This document shows, in pieces, positions 8,582-16,968 of a stretch of DNA of 64,000 nt. The stretch lies in the NCBI GenBank assembly GCA_022710775.1, contig JAKLGH010000003.1:14073-78072 (forward strand), written 5' to 3'. Origin of the DNA: Patescibacteria group bacterium. Its GTDB lineage: Bacteria > Patescibacteriota > Minisyncoccia > Minisyncoccales > UBA5738. A program made the position numbers and the translations under genes. The notes below the pieces were generated by a model that saw nothing but the letters and a program-made list of their open reading frames with translations, had not been told where the DNA came from and made no database searches. How positions within the stretch are numbered: the first letter of the stretch is position 1; every line of letters starts with the position of its first letter.

Positions 8582-8667
8582 CGGTGGGGGTGAGATTCGA
8601 ACTCACGGTGGCTTTTGGCCACAATGGTTTTCAAGACCATCCCTTTCAGCCGCTCAGGCACCCCACC
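8582..8667 (-). tRNA. tRNA-Ser (anticodon UGA), long variable arm, CCA not encoded
   Basis: The reverse complement reads GGTGGGG-TG-CCTGAGCGGCTGAAAGG-G-ATGGT-CTTGAAA-ACCAT-TGTGGCCAAAAGCCACC-GTGAGTTCGAATCTCAC-CCCCACC-G. Confidence 0.9.
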
Positions 8668-8760
8668 ATTTGCGTATTTAAACACAAAAATCGTCATTTT
8701 TCAAGGCGAAGCGGTTAGAAATCTGTTGAGGTCAAACCTCAACAAGGCGATTGTTGCGCA

Positions 8761-8790
8761 AAAGAAAAACCGCAGATCACTTTTGCGGTT
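8761..8790 (-). terminator. intrinsic terminator of the 55-aa gene
   Basis: Minus strand reads AACCGC-loop-GCGGTT followed by TTTTTCTTT. The TGA stop (8777-8779) lies in the loop. Confidence 0.55.
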
Positions 8791-8944
8791 GTTTGTTGCA
8801 TCCGTCGTAGATAACGATCGGAAGCGTACTTTTGATAAACTGCCGGAATTCAGCGTCCGGCAAATCCGGGTTATCGACATTCGCGGCGATCGTCGCGACG
8901 AAATTGGAAGCAAGTATGGTTCTCTTTTGCTTTTTATTTTCCAT
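8777..8944 (-). CDS. hypothetical small protein, 55 aa (MENKKQKRTIL...)
   Basis: This is the internal ATG of the 90-aa track ORF. It is preceded by AAAGAGGAG with a 5-nt spacer, and a terminator overlaps the stop. Confidence 0.5.
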   Translation of the reverse strand: MENKKQKRTILASNFVATIAANVDNPDLPDAEFRQFIKSTLPIVIYDGCNKQPQK

Positions 8945-9077
8945 TCGCACTCCTCTTTGTATAAAGCAGGGATAACATAACACGGAATCATTTTTTAGCC
9001 AAACCGGAATTGACCGGGTAGCCGCGATATGATATTTATTAGCCAGCAAAGACCTTTAAAAAGCAGGAGGTAAAAAA

Positions 9078-9800
9078 TTGCCGAGCAAGAGAGAACCAAG
9101 AAACGATAACATTTCTGTTTCCGATTTACGTCTGTTTGAGATTCTTTTTCATGGAGAAGGGAAAGAGTCGTCTATTATCACCGAAGATAATCTGGATCTT
9201 ATGCTGGAAGCGAAGAAGAGGCTTCACTTTGATCCCGGGATCAATCCGTTCAACCAGAAAAAAGCCGCGCGCGCTTCAGTCATGAGAGCTGGAAAGCCTT
9301 ATTTTAACGGTCCGTTCGTCTGGGAAAGGCCTGCAAGTCCGGTTATAAACCAGAATGGCGTTTCGATTTTATCATGGAAAGATTACTCGATACTTTGGCC
9401 GCTTAGGATATCAAACAAAGCTTCTGTCCAAGGAGATGCGTTCTGTAATTCCGGGCGCAGAGAGAAGGACATGATATTCGTTGGCGACTTGCGGCAAGTG
9501 GAAATTTCCACCAGCCAGGGATGGGTGGCCGAGATCGTTCGCGAACAGGATGTAAAGAAGTTTTTGGATAGCCAGCGGTATCTTGGCTCGGTCGCTTTCG
9601 AATCTTGCGAGGGGCTTGTTTTGCCGATAGACTGTTTGCCTAAAGCATCAGTCGCCATTCAAGCCATCAGGACCTATGACTTGAAGTTTTTCGGTCCCTA
9701 TTGGCACACTTGTCCCGAGCTGGCAGAAGATGCCCGCGGCGGAGCGCGTGTCGTTTCCGTCGGCGCTTGCCGGACGATTTTTGATCGATACAAGGGATAG
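9078..9800 (+). CDS. hypothetical protein, 240 aa
   Basis: TTG start 8 nt after AGGAGG. A terminator follows the stop. No motif recognised. Confidence 0.7.
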   Translation: MPSKREPRNDNISVSDLRLFEILFHGEGKESSIITEDNLDLMLEAKKRLHFDPGINPFNQKKAARASVMRAGKPYFNGPFVWERPASPVINQNGVSILSWKDYSILWPLRISNKASVQGDAFCNSGRREKDMIFVGDLRQVEISTSQGWVAEIVREQDVKKFLDSQRYLGSVAFESCEGLVLPIDCLPKASVAIQAIRTYDLKFFGPYWHTCPELAEDARGGARVVSVGACRTIFDRYKG

Positions 9801-9822
9801 TGATTGGTTTTGATTAATTTTT

Positions 9823-9845
9823 GTATGCCGAAGGGCATACTTTTT
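9823..9845 (+). terminator. intrinsic terminator (the hairpin is duplicated at 9850-9866)
   Basis: GTATGCC-GAAG-GGCATAC followed by TTTTT. A near-copy, TATGCC-CAAA-GGCATA, lies 27 nt downstream. Confidence 0.7.
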
Positions 9846-9875
9846 GTTTGTATGCCCAAAGGCATAATTGTTATA

Positions 9876-10215
9876 ATGGATAAAACGCAAAAAATTGCCA
9901 AGATGGCGGAGAAACATTTAGAGAAGCGATGGCGCGCGCGAAGCAATAGAAGAAGCTGGTATTGTCATTGACATTGAAAATCTGCGGGTTATTCACGTGA
10001 TGCATCGCTCAAAAAACGATGCCGATTGCGAAAGAATAGATTTATTTTTTGGCGCTGATGAATGGAGTGGTCACATCAAGAACGCAGAATCGGAAAAATG
10101 CGAAGATTTGGGTTGGTTCCCTCTAAACAAATTTCCTAAAAATATTATTCCCCATGTAAAGCAAGCCGTCGATAACATCGGAAATAAGATCTATTATAGT
10201 GAATTCGGTTTTTGA
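9876..10215 (+). pseudogene. NUDIX hydrolase remnant (N-terminally truncated and frame-disrupted)
   Basis: Frame 1 from 9922 reads RSDGAREAIEEAGIVID...GWFPLNKFP.... REAIEEAGI is the REUxEExGU part of the Nudix box. A TAG at 9919 lies directly upstream. The first in-frame start (GTG 9997) lies after the box. The preceding ATG (9876) is in another frame and stops at 9969-9971. Confidence 0.5.
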
Positions 10216-10255
10216 GCTAAGGCCTCGCAATAAAAAACTTTAAAAAACTTATACT

Positions 10256-10729
10256 ATGTTTAAAAACAAGATTTTATCCAAAATATTATCAGCGGTGGCG
10301 ATTGCGGGGTTTGGATTGCTTATGCTGGATTTTGTTCTTTTTCTGGATAATTTTTTCCATGAAGCCGTTTTGGCCGCCATTGGGGTTCTCGGCCCGTCTG
10401 GCGTGGTTGAGCGGAGCCGCTGGTTTCCGATTATTATGCATTTTGCCTTTCTGGCGATCATCGGAGCGGTTTCCTGGCCGGTTTTTAGATCAAAAATAAA
10501 ACCGCTTTATAAGGCGATTTGGCTGCCTGTTCCGGTTGCGGCCGTTTCTGTTACGATCGGCATATTTTTTTATGCCTGGCCGGCTGCCGTTTACGCGCTA
10601 AACGCGTTTTTTTACGCCGCTATCCTTCATTACTTCGGTCGTACCGAGAAACCTTGGCTTTATTATTACGCGGTGTTCCTGGCCGGATTAGTTTTAATTT
10701 TTTTGCTGCTGAAGGGCGGCGATATTTAA
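10256..10729 (+). CDS. polytopic membrane protein, unknown function
   Basis: 157 aa with 4-5 hydrophobic helices. Confidence 0.7.
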   Translation: MFKNKILSKILSAVAIAGFGLLMLDFVLFLDNFFHEAVLAAIGVLGPSGVVERSRWFPIIMHFAFLAIIGAVSWPVFRSKIKPLYKAIWLPVPVAAVSVTIGIFFYAWPAAVYALNAFFYAAILHYFGRTEKPWLYYYAVFLAGLVLIFLLLKGGDI

Positions 10730-10738
10730 CGGATAACC

Positions 10739-11131
10739 ATGGACAGTTATAGCGGCGTCATTATTGAAGAATCCCTTGAAAACAGGGAAGTTTTAAAAAA
10801 AGTAAAGATCGTTTCGACTAAAGTCGAAGCGGTGACCAAAAGCCATGCGACGCCCTGGTTGAATTTTTGGACTAAGATTTACGTCGAAATATCCGAAAGC
10901 GAAGCGGACATCGTGGCCGAGATATTGAGCAAATCTTTGGAACGGAGCCACGCCTGGTACGCGGATTTTAAAAACGATGCCCGCCATTACGTAATTTTTT
11001 GCGAAAAGATATTTAAGATCGATCGGAAGAGCGCAAAACAATATGAGCAGGCAAAACGCTACGGCTTGTCGCTTCAAATACCCGCGCACCAGTTGGATTT
11101 TGTAGAGGAGCTGCAAAAACAAGCCGAGTAA
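10739..11131 (+). CDS. hypothetical protein, 130 aa
   Basis: Clean ORF starting 9 nt after the previous stop. No motif recognised. Confidence 0.65.
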   Translation: MDSYSGVIIEESLENREVLKKVKIVSTKVEAVTKSHATPWLNFWTKIYVEISESEADIVAEILSKSLERSHAWYADFKNDARHYVIFCEKIFKIDRKSAKQYEQAKRYGLSLQIPAHQLDFVEELQKQAE

Positions 11132-11205
11132 AACAGGAATATGCCGATAATCCGTTGCAAAACAGCTTTTTTTTGGTACGCTTAGAACAAGTATAACTAA
11201 AATAT

Positions 11206-11490
11206 ATGGAAAAAGACCAGACTCAAATGCCAATTTGCCAAAGCTGCGGAATGCCGATGGCGGCGGATGAAGATTTCGGCACTAATGCCGATGGCGGCAA
11301 AAACCATGAATACTGCCAATACTGCTGGCAGGGCGGGGAGTTTACGGCAAAGATGGATTTATCGGAGTTTATAGAAATGCAGGTAAAAATTGCCACCGAA
11401 AACCTGGGATTAACCGAAAACGAGGCGCGGGAAGTGGCCGAGAACACGCTGCCCGAGCTGAAACGCTGGCAGGAGAAGGGAATAGAATAA
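11206..11490 (+). CDS. putative zinc-ribbon domain protein
   Basis: 94 aa. CQSCGMP...(22 aa)...CQYCW, matching the zinc-ribbon family pattern MPICxSCGMPM...FGTN.DGS....YCxYC. Confidence 0.7.
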   Translation: MEKDQTQMPICQSCGMPMAADEDFGTNADGGKNHEYCQYCWQGGEFTAKMDLSEFIEMQVKIATENLGLTENEAREVAENTLPELKRWQEKGIE

Positions 11491-11664
11491 TCAACAAACA
11501 TGGTTTTAGCCGGGCGAAGGATACGCGGATGATTTTGCCAAAACTTAGGATTTTTGGAAAATATTCAGATTAATGAATAAATTTAATCTCATCAAAAATA
11601 TTGGTTTAGCTTAAAGCGCGTCGATTATTTAACAGTCTAAAGTTTAAACGACTAAAATAAAAAA

Positions 11665-12096
11665 ATGACGAACAGAAACAAGATCTTTATCAAGGGATTG
11701 CTTGTCGGTCTGGCCATGCTTGCAACGAGCTGGTTCATGGGCCAGATATTGTTCACCATCCATCCCCAGCTGGAAGGGGAATATCGCAACATGCTTCTAT
11801 TTCGCCAGCCATCCGATCCTTTGATGTCGCTTATGTACGTTGAACCATTTATCCTGGGTTTGATCTTGGCCTGGATCTGGAGCCTGGCGAAGGAGGCGAT
11901 AAAGGGCGAAACTATAGTGATGAAAGGGGTGAATTTCGGCTTTGCTTACTGGTTGCTGACAATCCCCGGCATGATGATGTCTTACGGCTGTTTTCCCTTA
12001 TCGATCTCCATGGTTATCAGCTGGTCGGTAACCATTTTGGCCCAGGGGATAGTTGCCGGGATCATTTTATCGAGATTTAGCGTGCCGGTGAAATAG
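11665..12096 (+). CDS. membrane protein, unknown function
   Basis: 143 aa with 4 hydrophobic helices. Confidence 0.7.
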   Translation: MTNRNKIFIKGLLVGLAMLATSWFMGQILFTIHPQLEGEYRNMLLFRQPSDPLMSLMYVEPFILGLILAWIWSLAKEAIKGETIVMKGVNFGFAYWLLTIPGMMMSYGCFPLSISMVISWSVTILAQGIVAGIILSRFSVPVK

Positions 12097-12213
12097 ATCA
12101 AAATCGGTATCGCAGCCGAAAACATCGCTGATTTTTTCCGTCTGGGTTGTGGCGCCCGCAAAGCCAAGATCAAGGATAAAAAATTACCGTAAAAAAATAT
12201 AATACCCAACGAC

Positions 12214-13185
12214 ATGAAAGAAACTTACGGACCCAAAGGAAAACTTCTATGGGATAGCTGGTTTTTCCAAAAAGGGGAAGATACCCACGTTTTTTATTTA
12301 CAGGCTAAGCCGACCGATAATCCTTACCTGAAACACGATGTCGTTGTTTCCATAGGGCACGCGGTTTCCAAAAATTTGTCCGAATGGACGGAATTGCCGG
12401 TTGCTTTGGAGCCGGGCAGAGGCGGAGTATGGGACAACCTGGCTTTATGGACGGGATGCGTGATCGAACGCGATGGAAAATATTTTATGTTCTATACCGG
12501 GCGAAACAGCGATTCGGACAAAATGTGGATCCAGAAAATCGGAGCCGCCGAATCGCTTGACCTTATTCATTGGAAGAAAGATCTCAAAAATCCGATCCTT
12601 GAAGCTAAAGAGTGGTATACAATAGACAATTTCAAAGACAAGCTCGGCCGGATCGGAGCTTGGCGCGATCCGTTCGTTTTTTACCACAAAAAAAGCGGCC
12701 AGTATTGCATGACCATTTCGGCTAAACTAAGCGGTAAGGAGAAAGAATACAATGCCTGCGTCGCGCTGGCCGTATCGCCGGACTTAGAAAGCTGGAAGCT
12801 TGAAAAGCCGGTTTTCTCTCCCGGAATATATGATGAGATCGAATGTACCCAGGTTATCGAGCATGGCGGTTTTTGGTATCTGTTTTTCTCAACCCACGAT
12901 GAAAACTATAAACCGGAATTCGCGCAAAAAATCGGGGGACGGTTCGACGGATTGCATTGTTATTTTGCCAAAGATTTTTTTGGCCCGTACGAACCGGTTA
13001 ATGGAAATGGCGTTGTTTTGCCGGATGGCGAGAAAATATACGGAGTGAGGCTTGTTTCCGTTGCAGGCGATGATTATGCCGCTATCGGCTGGCTAAGAAC
13101 CGAAGAAGGGAAATATGCCGGAAAGCTTTCGGCGCCGTTTAAAATCCGGATTAACGGGGAAAAGGTGTCCGCGACAGGCATTTGA
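12214..13185 (+). CDS. clan GH-J (GH32/GH68-like) five-bladed beta-propeller glycoside hydrolase, catalytic domain only
   Basis: 323 aa with the three clan GH-J catalytic signatures: LLWDSWFF (nucleophile Asp), WRDPFVF (RDP motif) and EIECTQ (EC motif). No signal peptide. Confidence 0.75.
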   Translation: MKETYGPKGKLLWDSWFFQKGEDTHVFYLQAKPTDNPYLKHDVVVSIGHAVSKNLSEWTELPVALEPGRGGVWDNLALWTGCVIERDGKYFMFYTGRNSDSDKMWIQKIGAAESLDLIHWKKDLKNPILEAKEWYTIDNFKDKLGRIGAWRDPFVFYHKKSGQYCMTISAKLSGKEKEYNACVALAVSPDLESWKLEKPVFSPGIYDEIECTQVIEHGGFWYLFFSTHDENYKPEFAQKIGGRFDGLHCYFAKDFFGPYEPVNGNGVVLPDGEKIYGVRLVSVAGDDYAAIGWLRTEEGKYAGKLSAPFKIRINGEKVSATGI

Positions 13186-13909
13186 TCTCCGTATCGGACA
13201 ATTTTCTCCACTTGCCCGTATCTACGCCTTCCAAGGTAAGGAAATCAATCCTTACCCTTTTAAGTTTTACGACGCTTTTTCCGATGCGTTCGATGATCCG
13301 GCGCACGACTCTTTTTTTTCCGGAATGGATAATGATCTTATAGCCGCCCCCAGCCGTTTCTTCGAACCGGTCGGGCTTGATGAAGCCGTCTTCAAGCCTG
13401 ATGCCGTTTTTGATCTTCTCGATTTCCTGTTTTGTTAGTTTGAAGTTGGTAATGACGTGGTATTCTTTTTCCCGTTCGTATTTCGGATGGGTGAGTTTTT
13501 GCGTGAGGTCGCCGTCGTTGGTAAGGATTATCAATCCTTCCGTGTCCTGGTCGAGCCGTCCGACCGGCCAGACTGAAGGGATCCTGGGAACAAGGCTGAT
13601 AACGATTTTTTTGGCGTGCCGATCCTGGGTTGTTGAAGTGTAGCCGGCAGGCTTGTTTAGAAGATAATAAACGTGAGCCGACGGTTTTACGGGTTTGCCG
13701 TTGAATTCCACTTTGTCGGAGTTTGGCGCGATCCGTTTGGCGACATTGACCATTTTTTTGCCGTTGACAAAAACCCGTCCGGATTTGACCAGCTCTTCGG
13801 ACGCGCGGCGGGACGCAATTCCGCAATCGGCTAAAAACTTGGAGATTTTTATCATCCCGTCTTTTTTAGCCGGATCGTCTTTGACAATTTTTTTTCCTGT
13901 TTGTTTCAC
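13151..13909 (-). CDS. rluB: RsuA/RluB-family pseudouridine synthase
   Basis: 252 aa. N-terminal S4 domain (ISKFLADCGIASRRASEELVKSGRVFVNG). Catalytic motif GRLDQDTEGLIILTNDG. Confidence 0.85.
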   Translation of the reverse strand: MKQTGKKIVKDDPAKKDGMIKISKFLADCGIASRRASEELVKSGRVFVNGKKMVNVAKRIAPNSDKVEFNGKPVKPSAHVYYLLNKPAGYTSTTQDRHAKKIVISLVPRIPSVWPVGRLDQDTEGLIILTNDGDLTQKLTHPKYEREKEYHVITNFKLTKQEIEKIKNGIRLEDGFIKPDRFEETAGGGYKIIIHSGKKRVVRRIIERIGKSVVKLKRVRIDFLTLEGVDTGKWRKLSDTEIKCLSRTPFPR

Positions 13910-13937
13910 TTGATTCTTTTTGTGTGCATAAAAACCG

Positions 13938-14576
13938 TCAGCCGCGGGCAGCGGCGATTTTTTCGATTTCGGCGACGGTTTCCATGACTTTCTGGCGGCG
14001 GTTGATCACGATATGGTTGAAACGGTCGCGGTATTTTTCCCACATAAGCTTATCGCGCTCGAGTTTGATGCGGAACCACTGTTTATTGGCTTCGCTTTCC
14101 CTTTCAAAATATTGCTCGCGGAGCTGTTTCCACTCTTCGGGAGCAACATAAACCGTGACCGTCCGCAGCAGGATCTTTTTGGCTTTGGTCCGCAATTTTT
14201 CAAAAGTTTTCGGCAAATGGGCCGCTCCGTATTCGTCGATCTTCCAGATAACTTTTTTTCCGTTGAGAATCTGTTCGACGGCGCTTTTCGGCGTGCCTTT
14301 ATATTCTTTGGGCCTTACTTCCACGTGTTCCAGATAGTGGCCGCTGGCGGCTTTATCAAGGAATTCGTCCTGCGAATAAAAGTTGTAATCGATCCCGTCA
14401 ATTTCTCCGACCCGGGGCGGTCGGCTGGTATCGGTTACGATTTTTTTAAAATCGGGATTCCTTTTCAGGAATTCGGCGATAATCGTGTCCTTTCCGACTC
14501 CGCTTGGCCCGGTTATAACGAGCAAAAGCCCTGGGGATTGCAAACTATTTTCGTTTTTTCCGGTTTTTTTTGCCAT
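13938..14576 (-). CDS. gmk: guanylate kinase
   Basis: 212 aa. P-loop GPSGVGKDT and TSRPPRVGEIDGIDYNF (TxRxxRxGExxGxxYxF). Confidence 0.8.
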   Translation of the reverse strand: MAKKTGKNENSLQSPGLLLVITGPSGVGKDTIIAEFLKRNPDFKKIVTDTSRPPRVGEIDGIDYNFYSQDEFLDKAASGHYLEHVEVRPKEYKGTPKSAVEQILNGKKVIWKIDEYGAAHLPKTFEKLRTKAKKILLRTVTVYVAPEEWKQLREQYFERESEANKQWFRIKLERDKLMWEKYRDRFNHIVINRRQKVMETVAEIEKIAAARG

Positions 14577-14898
14577 TTTAAATGGTTTTTAATCAATTAT
14601 GTATTCTTCCATTTGTTCCCAGGGCAAACCCTAGGTCTACAAAATAATAAAAATGCGGCCGCTCTTGCGCTTACGCTTTTGTATTTATGCTATCCGTGAT
14701 TTGCCTGGTCAAAATCAAGTTAATTATGAATGATACACTATTTTGAGATTATTTTATAGGCCTTAAGTTGCGGCTTATTTTTTTCCAATAAAGATGATAC
14801 GTGTTATTCTTAAATCAGGCATAACCTGCGAAAAAACAGCAGGAGGGAATTGTTACAATTACAATCACGGTTTTGACCCAACGGCGAATAATTCCAAC

Positions 14899-14989
14899 AG
14901 ACCTACTGCTTAAATATTTTCGTAGCGAAAGTTTCAGATTTCGAGCGAGCCATATGAAGAACGAGAAAACATATTTAAGCAGTAGGTCT
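14899..14989. repeat. 19-bp perfect inverted repeat with 53-nt spacer
   Basis: AGACCTACTGCTTAAATAT (14899-14917) is the exact reverse complement of ATATTTAAGCAGTAGGTCT (14971-14989). It ends 13 nt before the ATG at 15002. Confidence 0.85.
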
Positions 14990-15001
14990 AATATCTCAAC
15001 C

Positions 15002-16849
15002 ATGAAAAAAGAAACAATAATATTTCTTCTCTCAGCCGTCGTTCTACTGTCTTTGGCCAATATTTTTTTGCGCAGCAAGGCTGGCCCGGTTCTTTATTCG
15101 GAAGAAGAAACAGGAAATATCTTAGAGAGCAGCGATTGGCCGAAAACCGAGGTCAATGACGGCCGGATCGCCCAAAACCAATATAGCTTCGCTTTTACGG
15201 CAGATCAGAAAAAAGCCATGGTTCTTTATGCCTACTCGGCCATTGATGATTATTTTAAAACAGGGATTTTAAAACCGGCTGATTTCGGCGGTATTGGCTT
15301 CGAATACGAAAAAGTGTTTATAACCTTCATCAATGGCGGCAAGGTAAGATGCTGCCAGAGCGGAACGGCCGATCCGGATTCGGAAAACCGCCTGGAAGAC
15401 GATTTTAAAACCGCGGTAGTGAAATGCGCCAACGACGAGAGGTTCGGCGGTAAATTGACGAAAGAAGAACTGCCCGGCCTTTCCATGACCGTGGATTTTC
15501 TTTATAACGAGCAGCCGGTTTCGGGGCGCTCGGTTTCGGAATTGGGCAAAGAGATCGAATTAGGCTTAAATGCCATTAAAGTCCAGCAAGATAAAAAAGC
15601 GGCTTTTTTCAAAGCTTCGGTGCCAATCGAGAAAAATTATGATCTGCAAAGGACGTTTAGCCGTCTGTGCGCCAAAGCGAAACTGGATGACGATTGCTAT
15701 AGCAGGGATAAGACCGAAATTTTCAAATACGACAGCGTTAATTTCAAGGGTGACCGGTCGGGAACTGTGGCCGATCTTTATCGTTCCAACATTTTGATCG
15801 ATGAGAAGAGCATTGATAAGGAAAGGATATTGAAAAGCATCAATTTGGGGTATGAATGGTTCTTGAGGAATACCAACGAAAAAACCAATATCCCGGAATA
15901 TATGTATCTTCCCAGTTCCGATAAATACGACGATTCGATAAATCATATAAGAATATTGGCCGCCACCTGGGCAGTAGCAGAAATCATGGATTTCCTTGAA
16001 ACCGATTCGATGGAAAGTTCGGTTCGCGCTACGCTTGACCATTATTTCAATAAATATAAGAAAGAGGACTCAAAAGGTACCTATTTGAGCGTTGAGGGAG
16101 AACCGAAGATCGCATACAACGCTTTTGCGCTGATGGCGCTGATAAAATACGAGGACTATCCGGACCGGGAGAAACTCATGGACGGCCTTGCCAGAAGGAT
16201 TTTGGCCCAGCAGCAAAAAGACGGACGGCTGCTTACCGATTTTGAGAAAGGCGGAGAGGCCGGGATAGATTTTTACGCCGGCGAGTCGCTTTTGGCGCTT
16301 ACGAAATACTATTACGAGACCGGCGATAAAAAATATTACGATGCGGTGGCCAAAGCCTTTCCGTATTACAGCGATTATTGGCGGGGCCATAAGAATACCG
16401 CTTTCGTGCCGTGGCAGACCCAGACTTATTATCTTATGTACCAGAAGACCAATAATCAAAAATGGGCGGATTTTGTTTTCGAAATGAACGATTGGCTAAT
16501 TGACAATTACCAACAGCTTCAAAGCACTTATCCCGATTACCTGGGTGGTTTCAAAAGGGTGCCTGGCAATTCTTCATCGGCCTACGCCGAAGGCATAAGC
16601 GACGCTTACGCAATGGCTAAATTGGCTAAAGACGAAGAACACGAAAAAAAGTTTTTGAAGTCGGCCCGCCTGGTTGCGCGTTTTGTGATGCAGGCGCAGC
16701 TTACCAATGAGAATTCTTTCTATTACCAGAATGCAAAGAAAGCGACGGGGGGGTTCCGTATTTCCCTTCTCGATAACAAGATTCGATGCGACAATAACCA
16801 GCATGCCGTCCTTTCGCTGATCAAGGCTTTCCATTACGGTATTTACTGA
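15002..16849 (+). CDS. N-terminally anchored AMMECR1-like domain fused to an (alpha/alpha)6-toroid-like domain
   Basis: The track ORF starts at 14873. ATG 15002 gives MKKETIIFLLSAVVLLSLANIFL (signal/anchor). AMMECR1-like pattern: KVFITFINGGKVRCCQSG (cf. FVTL...LRGCIG), CANDERFGG (cf. DPRF), LCAKAKL (cf. CxKAGL). The C-terminal 330 aa is a helix-repeat region with QQQKDGRL, YAGESLLAL and GGFR..DNNQHAVLSL. Confidence 0.7.
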   Translation: MKKETIIFLLSAVVLLSLANIFLRSKAGPVLYSEEETGNILESSDWPKTEVNDGRIAQNQYSFAFTADQKKAMVLYAYSAIDDYFKTGILKPADFGGIGFEYEKVFITFINGGKVRCCQSGTADPDSENRLEDDFKTAVVKCANDERFGGKLTKEELPGLSMTVDFLYNEQPVSGRSVSELGKEIELGLNAIKVQQDKKAAFFKASVPIEKNYDLQRTFSRLCAKAKLDDDCYSRDKTEIFKYDSVNFKGDRSGTVADLYRSNILIDEKSIDKERILKSINLGYEWFLRNTNEKTNIPEYMYLPSSDKYDDSINHIRILAATWAVAEIMDFLETDSMESSVRATLDHYFNKYKKEDSKGTYLSVEGEPKIAYNAFALMALIKYEDYPDREKLMDGLARRILAQQQKDGRLLTDFEKGGEAGIDFYAGESLLALTKYYYETGDKKYYDAVAKAFPYYSDYWRGHKNTAFVPWQTQTYYLMYQKTNNQKWADFVFEMNDWLIDNYQQLQSTYPDYLGGFKRVPGNSSSAYAEGISDAYAMAKLAKDEEHEKKFLKSARLVARFVMQAQLTNENSFYYQNAKKATGGFRISLLDNKIRCDNNQHAVLSLIKAFHYGIY

Positions 16850-16852
16850 TCC

Positions 16853-16892
16853 GCCGGGTTTCGCCCGGCCGACGCAGGCTTTTTCGGCCTTT
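16853..16892 (+). terminator. terminator-like overlapping GC hairpins
   Basis: GCCGGG-TTTCG-CCCGGC and GGCCGA...TCGGCC followed by TTT, directly after the stop at 16849. Confidence 0.45.
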
Positions 16893-16968
16893 AAACCTAC
16901 TGGCTGCCGCTGATCACTGTTATAACTGACCCGTAAGCGCTCGCATTTAACGGGCGCCAATCCAAACA

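Noticed and set aside
8469-8681. 70-aa plus-strand ORF.
   Set aside because: It runs straight through tRNA-Ser(UGA) on the opposite strand and has no RBS. It is a shadow of the tRNA gene.
13392-13826. 144-aa Arg/Gln-rich ORF in an alternative frame of rluB (same strand).
   Set aside because: It is fully nested in the pseudouridine synthase gene and its composition is typical of an off-frame artefact.
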